A DNA stretch of 64,000 nt. Origin: Octopus sinensis (lineage: Eukaryota). Location of the stretch: the NCBI RefSeq assembly GCF_006345805.1, contig NC_043021.1, forward strand, positions 10,168,001-10,232,000, in the 5' to 3' direction. Shown piece by piece: positions 37,990 through 50,110 of this stretch; position 1 is the stretch's first letter; each line of letters starts with the position of its first letter. A program made the translations under genes and the position numbers. Under the pieces are notes generated by a model. The model was not told the origin of the DNA, made no database searches, and saw only the letters and a list, made by a program, of their open reading frames with translations.

Positions 37990-39658
37990 CATACGACGGG
38001 CTTCTTTCAGTTTCCGTCTACCGAATCCACTCACAAGGCTTTGGTCGGTCCGAGGCTATAGTAGAAGACACTTGCCCAAAGTGTCACGCAGTTGGATTGA
38101 ACCCGGAAACATGTGGTTGGTAAGCAAGCTACTTACCACACAGCCATTCCTGCGCCTATTTAATTCAAATACTTTTCAAAGTATTTGAAAAGGATATTTT
38201 TTACATTTAACTAAAGACGCATACAAACTTACAGTCTTATATAATACAGCAATAGATATATCATAGACATTCCCGAATGTCCACAAATATATATTTATTT
38301 CGTTTCGTGATTCTCTTTCAGCACCAGAAACACAGATCGTCGATGGATCTCCAGCACAAAACTGCGAGTTTCCTTCAATTGTCCACCTCAAAATATATAA
38401 CCAACCCACAGATAACATGATTAGCTTATGTGGAGGTACTTTGATTGATTCTACACACGTATTGACAGCAGCTCACTGCCTGTAAGTATTTTTATATATA
38501 AACAGTACGGTTTGACACCTTCATATCTTTCTGTTACATCACTTGATGTTTATGAAGAAAGTTTAGTTTCCGTGCTCGTATAATATAAAAGTTGAACAGA
38601 ATTTGATGTTGGAATAAATAGCGACGTATAAACTGGCTGTAATGCCAGGCTAAAATTTGCTTAGAATGTTGCTTCCAACAATTCTAGAATATATTGACTT
38701 TTACCATAAACAAATGAGTCAAATAAAATAACTTCAGTCTTTGAACATCCTTCTATACGTTGTGTGTATTAATTGTTCATTTTAATTTCTGTGTGTTTGA
38801 TATCATTCAGACCAACAACACCTATACAAATACATTTTAATAATAGACACGGTTCGAATTGCTACATATAAATGGACATCAACGTTTAATAATAACAATG
38901 CAATAAAGGAGAGTCGTACTAAAATAGTTTAATATCTAAGATGACAGTTTGAAGTATATCACAGTATAAAATTACTGTCTGCTAAAGATCCGCCATATTT
39001 GATTTGATTTTAGCGAAGGAAATGTCAGAAAGGTTAAAGTAAACATCGGTTCCAACAACAAATGGAGTCCTGGTTCTCAGTCAACAACTGCAAGTAGAAT
39101 TCTGAAACATGGTGGATACGTACATACTCCATACCTGATACGTGAGTATTACAATTATCATGTCTTCAGATATTTTCTTATAAATTCTTTCTTTCTCTCA
39201 ACCATATATCAGTAAATATTGGTGTTTCATCAACTGCAATTTCGTGTCAATATACGATAACTATTATTTGGTATTTTCAATCCTGTCTGTCTGTAATAAA
39301 CGCTTAAAAGCCGACATTTTTTCTTTCTTGTTCATCGCATTTTGCATTTTCCTAACATTCAAAATATATTCATTAGATATGAAGTTCTATGAAAGAGAAA
39401 CATCTACATTACATCTCCATTATAATTACTGCTGCTACTGCTGCTACTACTGCTGCAGCTCCTTATAGCGATGACGAGGATGATGATGAGGTCGACGACA
39501 ATGTTTGTGTCGTCTGTTGATTTTAGAATTTCATTTCGAAAGATCTATATTTTGAAAAAAAAAATTACTTAAATTGTTATACGATGCATTATAAATCTAT
39601 ATCTTTCTGTCATGCATACATTTTCCAAATAAATGTGTCTAACGTATTTGAATTCATT

Positions 39659-39689
<31 letters not shown>

Positions 39690-41401
39690 CACACACACAT
39701 ATGTATGTATCAAGGGTTGAACGGTGAGAATACAAGAAGTTAGACGAAATCAGAGTAAACGGGAAACTAGTCGAAAACTCAACGGTCAGGAAATTAGACA
39801 AAGACACGATACATGGAATATTCGCAGCTACGTTTTCCTTTTCAGTCAGTGACGCAAAATATCATGGCCATTTCGCGCAAAAATACCATTGATACTGATC
39901 AATTTTGCAGACGCCAGTGCTTTTTATTAAGCTAGTGGGAAAAAGCTAGCGCATGAGTACTAAGGCAGAAATAAACAAGACATTATATAAATACAACAAA
40001 GAACGATGATTGTGCAACAGCACGAAGCCTACAGGCTATATATAACGGAAAAAATAATAATCATACATATATCACAAATACAATAGAAAGAGCTTGGCAG
40101 CTGTCAAATGACCTTAGTGGGGTTGCGCAAAGAGAAAATGGAGTAAGTCCGAGAGGACACTGCGGGAGCCGAGGCCAATGACTGTCACATATATATTTAT
40201 ATCCGTATTGCATATATGTCTATTAGATGTATATGCAACACATATTTCTGTATATATTCACGATTAGTTCATATGCATGTCTAACATGTACATATGTTTT
40301 TACCCTTACAGAGAACGACATTGCCATACTGACTTTGAGCGAGCCAGTCCGTGAAGGTAGATGTGTCAAGTTTGCACAATTGGCCAGTAAAGGAGAAACA
40401 TTTGGTACCCGAAGATGTATCGCTGCTGGATGGGGAGATTTCCAATGTAAGCATCACGAAATTTTCATCTGATATTCCTATCATCTCCATTTAATCATCG
40501 TCAATCGATATTAATCATCATTCAAATGTGTTATTTTCAGTTAAAGGAAACAGTCCTGACGAATTATACAAAGTGGCTCTTCCAGCTATTCCCCATGATG
40601 TATGTACACAAAGGTCAAGGATGCGAATTGCTGATGGAGTTCTCTGTGCCGGAGATTTCAGACAAGGTGGAGCATCTACTTGCCAGGTATGTGATTTTGA
40701 TATTATAGCATACTAGCTTAAAAGTCGCACATTTCAGAAAGCTCCTGTGGAGGACTAATTGGGCCAAAACTAAAGAGAGCAATAATAATGAAGCATATAT
40801 TGGTACCCTAGGCACAGGAGTGGTTGTGTGGTAACTAGCTTGTTTACCAACCACATGGTTCCGGGTTCAGTCCCACTGCGTGGCATCTTGGGCCGAGCAA
40901 AGCTTTGTGAGTGGATTTGGTAGACGGAAACTGAAAGAAGCCCGTCGTATATATGTATATGTATGTGTGTGTGTATGTTTGTGTGTCTGTGTTTGTCCCC
41001 CTAGCATTGCTTGACAACCGATGCTGGCAATAGAGACCGATAGAATAAGTACTAGGCTTACAAAGAATAAGTCCCGAGGTCGATTTGCCCGACTAAAAGC
41101 GGTACTCCAGCATGGCCGCAGTCAAATGACTGAAACAAGTAAAAGAGTTTATATGTATATGTTTGTATATATAAAGGTATACATGTATGTATGCATATAT
41201 GTATATATTCCAGTGAATATAAATTTATATTGTTTGTGTTTTTTTTTTCAGGGTGACTCTGGTGGTCCACTTTATTGTCCAAGTTCAAATGGTCAAATGG
41301 TCTTAGCTGGTGTAACATCCTTCGGACGTAATTGTGACATAGAAATCAGCGCTTTCAGCGACGTCGGATATTTCCGAGACTGGATCGAGAGTAATCTGTA
41401 A
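37534..41401 (+). CDS. Secreted S1-family serine protease, copy 2, 255 aa
   Basis: Exons 37534-37582, 38322-38481, 39014-39141, 40312-40446, 40541-40686, 41252-41401; intact His/Asp/Ser triad. By manual comparison differs from copy 1 at 3 residues (signal T/M, propeptide K/E, LARKG/LASKG). TATAAATA 37458-37465; AATAAA 41411-41416. Confidence 0.95.
37715..38158 (-). mobile_element. SINE family A
   Basis: Full-length copy in copy 2 intron 1. Confidence 0.85.
39706..40189 (-). mobile_element. Possible solo LTR in intron 3 of protease copy 2
   Basis: TG...CA termini, TATA-like then AATAAA in minus orientation; absent from the paralogous introns. Confidence 0.4.
40810..41148 (+). mobile_element. 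SINE family A in intron 5 of protease copy 2
   Basis: Mirror of 29455-29810. Confidence 0.85.
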
Positions 41402-42174
41402 GAAGTACTTTAATAAAGATGTCTATTTACAGAGGAATATCACTAGAATATTATTCACAATGTATTAACAAATTAATAAATATATAAAATAATTTATCAA
41501 ATTGTTGTTGTTGTTATAATGCTACTCGAGAATTTTCAATATGTGTGTATATGTTTGTGTGTCTGTGTTTGTCCCTCCGCAACATCGCTTGACAACCGAT
41601 GCTGCTGTGTTTACGACCCCGTAACTTAGCAGTTCGGCAAAAGAGACCGATAGAATAAGTACTAGGCTTACAAAGAATAAGTCCTGGGGGGTCGATTTGC
41701 TCGACTAAATGTGGTGCTCCAGCATGGCCACAGTCAAATTACTGAAACAAGAGTAAAAGAGGTGTTTAGTCAAATTATCATATACTTGCTGCCCCAATAT
41801 GAAGAGCATCATTACACGCAAGCAGCACCAAGAGCCTATTCCTAATTGTAACTGCTGAGAGCCAGGAACCTGTATACTCGTCCAATGCTGTATGAGTAAA
41901 TCTGTCGTATATGAGGCAGAAGTTACAGCAATGCTAGATGATAACGTAAGCGAAAAGAGCTACGTCGAGCTGTGTGAAGGCGACTTCAAAAATAGCTATA
42001 CCAACTACATTTCTTCCTTCTGAAGGTCAAGGATGCGAATTGCCGAGGGAGTTCTCTGTGCCGGAGATTTCAGACCAGGTGGAGCATCTACTTGCCAGGT
42101 ATGTTATATTGATATTACAATAATATCTGATACATCTGTCAAAACGTTGAGTATACACATTAATATGCATTTAT

Positions 42175-42185
42175 GCATCTATCTA

Positions 42186-42242
<57 letters not shown>

Positions 42243-42263
42243 GTCTGTCTTTCTGTCTTTCTG

Positions 42264-42356
<93 letters not shown>

Positions 42357-42360
42357 AGAT
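42175..42360. repeat. (CTAT)n microsatellite
   Basis: Direct inspection. Confidence 0.95.
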
Positions 42361-42420
42361 AGCTATATAGACATAAATAGATAAATATATAGATAGATAT
42401 ATAGATATAATACATATATA

Positions 42421-43082
42421 CGAGGGGAAGTAAAAGATTATGTGCACTTTATGCCATAATATATCTTTATTATTGTCACATTGCCTTCTGCACATGCGTG
42501 CTCATTGCTGGTACTTTTGTGGTCACATGAACAAAGTTTGGGCCTGATCGCACCATTTTTCTTTCTGGTTTTACAGTGTTAGCTCGGCTGCTCCGCTAGC
42601 AATGTGCACCAAAGAAGAACAAAGAGCAGTGATCCGAGAGATGGTAATGGTGAACTGGTTCACTATTACTATCTCTGAAGCTTGCTGAACCTTCTTGTCA
42701 GTGGTGGAGCTTGATGGGCGTTCTACTCCCTCTTCATGCTTATCTCTCCACTTTTAAACTTCTCAATCCACTCATGCATACTTCTATGTGGTAGTGCACT
42801 GTCTCCGTATTATGCTAAAAACCTCCTATGAATTTCAGCACCTAATACACCTTCCGACCAGAGAAATCGGATCACTGCTCTTTGTTCCTCTTTGGTGCAC
42901 ATTGCTTGTAGAGCGGCCATGCTTACGCTGTAAAGCCAGAAAGAAAAATGGCGCGATCAGGCTTAAACTTCGATCACGTGACCACAATATTACCAATCAT
43001 AAGTACGCATGCGCAGAAGGCAGTGTGACAATAATAAAGATATATTATCGCGAAAGTGCGGATAATTTTTGACTTCCCCTCG
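42421..43082 (-). mobile_element. Mariner derivative built from two left ends (long palindromic MITE)
   Basis: TA|CGAGGGGAAG...CTTCCCCTCG|TA. The minus strand encodes MCTKEEQRAVIRFLWSEGVLGAEIHRR..YGDSAL..HEWIEKFKSG (mariner HTH), and MCTKEEQRAVIR recurs inverted at about 42601-42636. Confidence 0.85.
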
Positions 43083-43170
43083 TATATATGTACACACATA
43101 CACGCATACACATACAGACTGACAGACATATACCAATACATATAAACACGTGCACACACACTCGTATATA

Positions 43171-43213
<43 letters not shown>

Positions 43214-43439
43214 GTATGTATGTATGTATGTATGTATGTATGTATGTATGTATGTATGTATGTATGTATACGTGTTTATGTGTATGTATTAATGTAAGGG
43301 CATCGGACTCACAAAGCCTAAATCTGCTGCACAGAAAATTACTTATCTTTACAAGTAAATTTCCCTATTGGATAATATATTGAGCAAATGATGAATTTTG
43401 TGAAACAAAATTAATCATTCTAGTGACCAGAGTATCGGA

Positions 43440-44040
43440 TATTGTCATACACCGCTGGTCACAATGTACTTTCAATTCTCTTGGTTTTGCCCGTCTTTTC
43501 CATCTTGGCGTTAATCGTTTAACTAAATCGTCTGCCCATTTTCTTGGGGTGGATCTTCCGAGCGGCCCTTTCCGATCTCTTGGCTACTACTTGGCAACTG
43601 CATAGGTCCAACTATTGTCTGTGAACCCTGCGAATTAGTGCTTTTGGTATTTTGCGATCACGTCGTTCGTTCAGCTCCGTTCTCTAATTACGTCATTTCG
43701 GATAAGCTCTCGGTATGATATTCCCAGCATGGACCTTTTCATAGCCGTCTGTATCACACCTATTCGATGTTCTTCCCTCTTCGTCGTAGCCATGTCTCAC
43801 TTAGTACACGAGCACAGGAATGGCGGTATTATTGAAGAGACTGGCACATGGCATCTTGTCCTACTTTACTTCGAGCACATCTTTTATTGAGGAAAACGCC
43901 TTCCATCATGACTTTATTCTCTTCGAGATTTCAGTCTCCATGTCTCGGTACATATTCATTGTTTGCTTGAAGCAGACGTATTTCTTTACCTCCTCGATTT
44001 CATCACTTCCCGCTGCTATTCGAACTTATGCTTCGTTTTC
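43440..44040 (-). mobile_element. Degenerate RTE LINE fragment
   Basis: Minus strand IEEVKKYV...TEISKRIKS*WKAF...LFNNTAIP..Y..ETW...QTAMKRSMLGIS...IRNDVIRER. Confidence 0.75.
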
Positions 44041-44044
44041 AGTA

Positions 44045-44082
<38 letters not shown>

Positions 44083-44437
44083 ATTATTATAAATGAGGGT
44101 GAAAAATCGATATTAATTTAATAATACCGTCAATTTAGACATAACTAAAAATGTAATTGGTTGGACCGCTCGTGTTTTTGACGCCCGAATCGATCTAATT
44201 AATTGCATTTCTGACAAACTCTACCGAAGATTTATAGATGCAAGTGTAAGTAAAACTACATATTGCATTAGTAATGAAACAATTGTATAGAGTCAATCTA
44301 TTTTATTCGTTGTATTTCACTTTCCTTCAGTTAAATGTGTGTTGATTCTAGTTGGAAACGGATCTTCTGTGGTTGCTTCGGAGCTATTTTTAGCACTAGA
44401 GTTATCCACATAGTGGATAACTCTCTAATAATTTATG

Positions 44438-44470
<33 letters not shown>

Positions 44471-44481
44471 TATACATATGC

Positions 44482-44516
<35 letters not shown>

Positions 44517-44519
44517 ATA

Positions 44520-44576
<57 letters not shown>

Positions 44577-44587
44577 CATATATATAC

Positions 44588-44632
<45 letters not shown>

Positions 44633-44634
<2 letters not shown>

Positions 44635-47113
44635 CAGGACTAGTCAGGCCATATCCCGTGGCCCCTACCTGGGACGTAGTCGATCCACCTGTGCATACCT
44701 TCCTTCTTGTGACACTTGTGAAGACCTGCTGAGGCAAGTGAAAATCAATCAAAATAGATGAACATCAATGGAATTTGTATCTTTGTGGTACCAGTGCCGG
44801 TGGCACACAAGAGAAAACCATCCGAACGTGGCCGTAGCCAGTACCGCATCAACTGGCCTCCGTGCTGTGGGAACATGGTGGCACATAAAAACACCATCCG
44901 AAGACCCGGCAAGACTAGTCAGGTCATAACCCGTGGGCCCTACCTGGGACGTAGTCAGTCCACCTGTACATACCTTCCGACTTGTGAAGACCTGCTGAGG
45001 CAAGTGAAAATCAAATCAAATCAAATCAAAACAAATCAAAATAGATGAACATCAATGGAATTTGTATCCTTGTGGTACCAGTGCCAGTGGCACACAAGAA
45101 TCCATCCGAACGTGGCCGTAGTCAGTACCGCTTGGCCGTAGTCAGTACCGCTTGTGGTACCAGTGCCGGTGGCACACAAGAATCCATCCGAACGTGGCCG
45201 TAGTCAGTACCGCATCACTGGCCATCGTGCTGTGGGCACATAACAAACACCATCCGGTCGTGGCCGTTCGCCAGCCTCATCTAGCACCTGTGTCGGTGGC
45301 ACATAAAAACACCTTCCGAAGACCCGGCAAGACTAGTCAGGCCATAAACCATGGCCCCTACCTGGGACGTAGTCAGTCCACCTGTGCATACCTTCCTCCT
45401 TGTGATACTTGTGAAGGCCTGTTGAGGCAAGTGAAAATCAAAGGCCTGTTGAGGCAAGTGAAAATCAAAATCAAAATCAAATCAAAACAAATCAAAATAG
45501 ATGAACATCAATGGAATCTGTATCTTTGTGGTACCAGTGCCGGTGGCACACAAGAGAAAACCATCCGAAAGTGGCCGTAGCCAGTACCGCATCGACTGGC
45601 CTCCGTTCTGTGGGCACATGACAAACACCATCCGATCGTGGCCGTTCGCCAGCCTCATCTAGCACCTGTGTCGGTGGCACATAAAAACAACACCATCCGA
45701 AGACCCGGCAAGACTAGTCAGGCCATAACCCATGGCCCCTACCTGGGACGTAGTCAGTCCACCTGTGCATACCTTCCTTCTTGTGACACTTGTGAAGACC
45801 TGTTGAGGCAAGTGAAAATCAAATCAAAACAAATCAAAATAGATGAACATCAATGGAATCTGTATCTTTGTGGTACCAGTGCCGGTGGCACACACTTTGT
45901 GGTACCAGTGCCGGTGGCACACATGAGAACCATCCGAACGTGGCCGTAGCCAGTTCCGCATCGACGGCCTCCGTGCTGTGGGCACGTAACAACACCATCC
46001 GATCATGGCCGTTCGCCAGCCTCATCTGGCACCTGTGTCGGTGGCACATAAAAACACCTTCCGAAGACCCGGCAAGACTAGTCAGTCCACCTGTGCATAC
46101 CTTCCTTCTTGTGACACTTGTGAAGACCGGTTGAGGCAAGTGAAAATCAAATCAAATCAAATCAAATCAAATCAAAATAGACAAAATAGATGAACATCAA
46201 TGGAACTTGTATCTTGTGGTACCAGTGCCTGTGGCACACAAGAAATCCATCAGTGCCGTAGTCAGTGCGGTGGGCACATGACAAACACCATCCGATCGTG
46301 GCCGTTCGCCAGCCTCATCTAGCACCTGTGTCGGTGGCACATAAAAACACCATCCGAAGACCCGGCAAGACTAGTCAGGCCATAACCCATGGCCTCTACC
46401 TGGGACGTAGTCAATCCACCTGTGCATACCTTCCTTCTTGTGACACTTGTGAAGACCTGTTGAGGCAAGTGAAAATCAAAATCAAATCAAAACAAATCAA
46501 AATAGATGAACATCAATGGAATTTGTATCTTTGTGGTACCAGTGCCGGTGGCACGTGGCACATAAGAAAACCATCCGAACGTGGCCGTAGCCAGTACCGC
46601 ATCGACTGGCCTCCGTGCTGTGGGCACGTAACAAGCACCATCCGATCGTGGCCGTTTGCCAGCCTCATCTGGCACCTGTGTCGGTGGCACATAAAAACAC
46701 CATCCGAGCGTGGCGTCTGCCAGCCTCGTCTGGCACCTGTGTCGGTGGCACATAAAAACACCATCCGAGCGTGGCCGTCTGCCAGCCTCGTCTGGCACCT
46801 GTGTCGGTGGCACATAAAAACACCATCCGAGCGTGGCCGTCTGCCAGCCTCGTCTGGCACCTGTGTCGGTGGCACATAAAAACACCATCCGAGCGTGGCC
46901 GTTTGCCAGCCTCGTCTGGCACCTGTGTCGGTGGCACATAAAATCACCCACTACACTCTCGGAGTGGTTGGCGTTAGGAAGGGCATCCAGCTGTAGAAAC
47001 ACTGCCAGATCTGACTGGACTGGTGCAGCTTTCGGGCTCCCCAGACCCCAGTTGAACCGTCCAACCCATGCTAGCATGGAAAGCGGACGTTAAATGATGA
47101 TGATGATGATGAT
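44633..47113 (+). repeat. Higher-order tandem array of a retroelement-derived unit ending in a (GAT)n-tailed element
   Basis: Units start GGCAAGACTAGTC at about 44633, 44908, 45326, 45707, 46071, 46364; internal (ATCAA)n; five 62-bp sub-repeats at about 46648-46940; flanked by (TA)n tracts. Confidence 0.9.
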
Positions 47114-47131
47114 ATGTATATATATATATAT

Positions 47132-47165
<34 letters not shown>

Positions 47166-47172
47166 CATATGC

Positions 47173-47205
<33 letters not shown>

Positions 47206-47279
47206 ATATAATATATATATATATATTATATATATTATATATATATATACATATAATACATACATATATATATATATAC

Positions 47280-47328
<49 letters not shown>

Positions 47329-47358
47329 ATATATATATATATATATATATATATAATG

Positions 47359-47407
<49 letters not shown>

Positions 47408-47450
47408 TATATATATTATATATATATATATAATATATATATATATATAA
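47113..47450. repeat. (TA)n-rich microsatellite
   Basis: Imperfect AT dinucleotide tract; similar tracts at 22870-23140, 44430-44630, 50760-51170. Confidence 0.95.
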
Positions 47451-47599
47451 ACCAAATTAAACTTAAATGTTGAAGTGAATCGAACGGCTTTTGTGTGTTT
47501 CTTAAATGGCTTATAAACACCTTCCACGCTGCAATTGTTTTCGTTTCAGCACACGATCTCAGATCAAATTACTTGCTATGCGAGTACATCTCCGTAATA

Positions 47600-47629
<30 letters not shown>

Positions 47630-47630
<1 letters not shown>

Positions 47631-47955
47631 ATGTGACAATTATTCGGTAGACATGATAAAACTCCGAGTTTCAGATGTCGGGGTGGAAATCTACGCCGCC
47701 ATCTCTTCAGTTATCCAGCCATCGGAAAAATGCTATCAAGGTCAATCTGGACATTACAGAGAATATATTCTATGGTATTAAATCTAAGAAATTCCCTCCA
47801 AAGATCAAAGGCTTGGAAGACTTCGAAGCGGACCTACTGAATATAGATAGCATTTTTCCGATACCCGGATAACTGAAGAGATGGCGGCGTGGATTCCACC
47901 CCGACACCTGAAACTCGGAGTTCTATCATGGCTACCGAATAATTATCACATATTA
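47630..47955. mobile_element. Inverted-repeat Penelope-like relic with two hammerhead-like motifs and an ORF remnant
   Basis: Arms of about 95 bp. The centre encodes FYGIKSKKFPPKIKGLEDFEADLLNI, similar to [17 protein letters not shown] at 21500-21555. Confidence 0.6.
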
Positions 47956-48039
47956 CATTTACAGATAAATTCCTCTATTTACATAATATCGAGGTCTCTT
48001 TCGTTCTTTTGTTGTCTTACCATTTCTATCAATATATAT

Positions 48040-48071
<32 letters not shown>

Positions 48072-48594
48072 CACACATACATATATATATATACATATAT
48101 ATATATTTATATATATTGTTTGTGTGTGTGTGTGTGTTTGAAGTGAGAACTCCTTATCGCTACAAGTAAATTTCTTTGTAAAATATATTGAACAAATGAT
48201 TCATTTTCTGAAATATTTATTGAGAACTTCTAACTTTAGTCAATATCTAATAATTTCATTAAATATAAAATGATATTGTTTGTGTTTTTTTTTATTTCAG
48301 GGTGACTCTGGTGGTCCACTTTATTGTCCAAGCTCAAATGGTCAAATGGTTTTGGCAGGAGTAACGTCCTTCAGAAATAAATGTGATAATGAAGTCAGTG
48401 CTTTCAGCGATGTCGGATATTTCCGAGACTGGATCAATAGTAACCTGTAAAAAGTACTTTAATGAAAATTACTATTTATAAAGGAGTGTCACTAAAATAT
48501 TATTCACAATGAATTAACAAATTAATAAATATATAAAATGATTCATCAAATTGTTGTGGTTGTTGTTATTATATTACCCGAAAATGTTCGATTA

Positions 48595-49471
48595 CGAGGT
48601 CTGATCAATAAGTATCTGAACTGTTGCTATGGTAACGAAGTTAAAGCACGCAGAGTGAAGCCACTCGGTGCAGACTGACTTTGAACTCTGCTGTGCATGG
48701 GTACTAAGTTTTAACGTTCTAGCTCGCTTCCACTGTTTACAGCAATGCTCGGAAGGAAGGTGTGTAGTATGTGATCGTCGCATTGACCATGACAGAGAAA
48801 GTTATCGTGGCATTACCTGCTCAGATGCCTACGCAAAGTTGCAGAAAGTGTATGGAGAGGGGTATATGAATCGCAAAGAAGTGTACGAGTTGTTTAGACG
48901 TTTCTAAAATGGCCGAAAAAATGTCGATTTGGACGAACGATCTGGAAGGCCTGCAACCAACAAAACTGAGTAAAAAATCGCAGATGTGCATGCAGCTGTG
49001 AGGAGAAATCGTCGAATCAACATCCGTGAGTTATCAGAGGATGTGCAGATTAGGTTCAGTTCAGTCGATTATCACTGAAGATTTGGGTATGAGACGCGTG
49101 TCTGCCAAGTTCGTGCCAAAACTGCTTTCAGCTGACCAAAAGGACACTCGGGTTTCAGCTGACAAGATCTTGATTGTGTCGAGATAATGAATACTTTTTG
49201 AAAACTTTGCGTAGGCCTCTGAGCAGGTATCGCCAAGCTTTTGGCAAAATTTAATGCAGATCCTCTACTCAACTTTCTCATGTCATGGCCAATGCGACGA
49301 CCATACGCGATGATCTACATCTTCCTTCCAAGAACTGCTGTAAACAGGACGCTAAAATTTAGTGTGCATGCGCAACAGAGTTCAAGGTAACTCTGTGCCA
49401 AGTGGTTTCACTCTTCGTGCATTAACTTTGTTACTATGACTACAGTCCGGATAATTATTGATCAGACTTCG
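48595..49471 (+). mobile_element. Internally deleted mariner transposon
   Basis: TA-flanked TIRs CGAGGTCTGATCAATAAG / ATTATTGATCAGACTTCG; degenerate N-terminal transposase (KLQKVYGEG..NRKEVYELFRRF..GR...DERSGRP...NRRINIRELSE...EDLGMRRVSAKFVPKLL). Confidence 0.9.
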
Positions 49472-49527
49472 TATATCTTTGTTTGCAGTTTTGTTTCTGA
49501 TAATTTATAGAAGAAACGTCTTTCTTA

Positions 49528-50110
49528 CGAGGGGATTCTGAAGAATTTCTTGCATTGGGGAATTCTTTTACAGGGCTTAGGAAAACTGAAGGACCACTGC
49601 CATATGGCTCAGAAACCTGGACGTTATCAAAGAAGCTTGAGAGGCGGTTGGATGGAACCTACACTCGCCTCCTTATGAGAGCTCAAAATCTCTCGTGGAA
49701 GCGCCATCCAACCAAAATGCAAATATATGGGAAACTACCACCCGTGTCATCTCTTGTGAAAGGTAGGAGAGTCCAGTTTGCTGGACATTGTTGTAGAGCT
49801 GAAAAAGAGGTAATTTCTACTCTTCTCCTCTGGAAGCCATCTACTCGCAATACCAGAGGGCGCACACTCTCCTACCCTGATGTAATCTCCAGGGATACAG
49901 GCATCCAGCAACAGGACTTCCATAATGCCATGATGGACCGTGAAGTCTGGCGTAGCATGGTAAATTCCATTGTCTCGACCACGGTCGAACAATGATGAAT
50001 GATGATGATGTGTGAATCTGAGAGGGGAATATGTTGAATAAAATGACAATTAACTGATTCTCCTGTATTTTCTTTTACCCAAAAGCCAGGAACTTTTCAG
50101 CACCTCCTCG
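49528..50110. mobile_element. Mariner-type MITE interrupted by an RTE insertion
   Basis: TA|CGAGGGGA ... CCTCCTCG|TA; flanks match the uninterrupted 9866-10082 element. Confidence 0.65.
49601..50009 (+). mobile_element. RTE/RTEX-clade non-LTR retrotransposon 3' fragment
   Basis: YGSETWTLSKKLERRLDGTYTRLL...VQFAGHCCR...DREVWR open frame ending in a (TGA)n tail. Confidence 0.85.

Larger units (their letters stand above)
28600..42021. repeat. Large inverted duplication (palindrome) carrying protease copies 1 and 2
   Basis: 28600-30330 is the near-identical reverse complement of 40290-42021, including shared SINE insertions. Homology continues, more diverged, through introns, exons and promoters toward about 35-36 kb. 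Confidence 0.9.
42022..48450 (+). pseudogene. Partial S1 protease copy: 5'-truncated exon 5 (42022-42098) plus complete exon 6 (48301-48450)
   Basis: [25 protein letters not shown]|gtatg fused at about 42022 to the downstream flank of copy 2. Exon 6 GDSGGPLYCPSSNGQMVLAGVTSFRNKCDNEVSAFSDVGYFRDWINSNL* has an intact acceptor, and its upstream intron (48120-48300) matches copy 3 intron 5. No exons 1-4 for this copy. Confidence 0.85.

Noticed and set aside
45152-47077. Long overlapping ORFs (up to 204 aa) in the tandem array
   Set aside because: Arise from GC-richer repeated units, are open on both strands, and have no protein motif.
44633-47113. CRISPR-like repeat/spacer array
   Set aside because: Sequences between repeats are themselves repeats, units are hundreds of bp, there are no cas genes and the context is eukaryotic.
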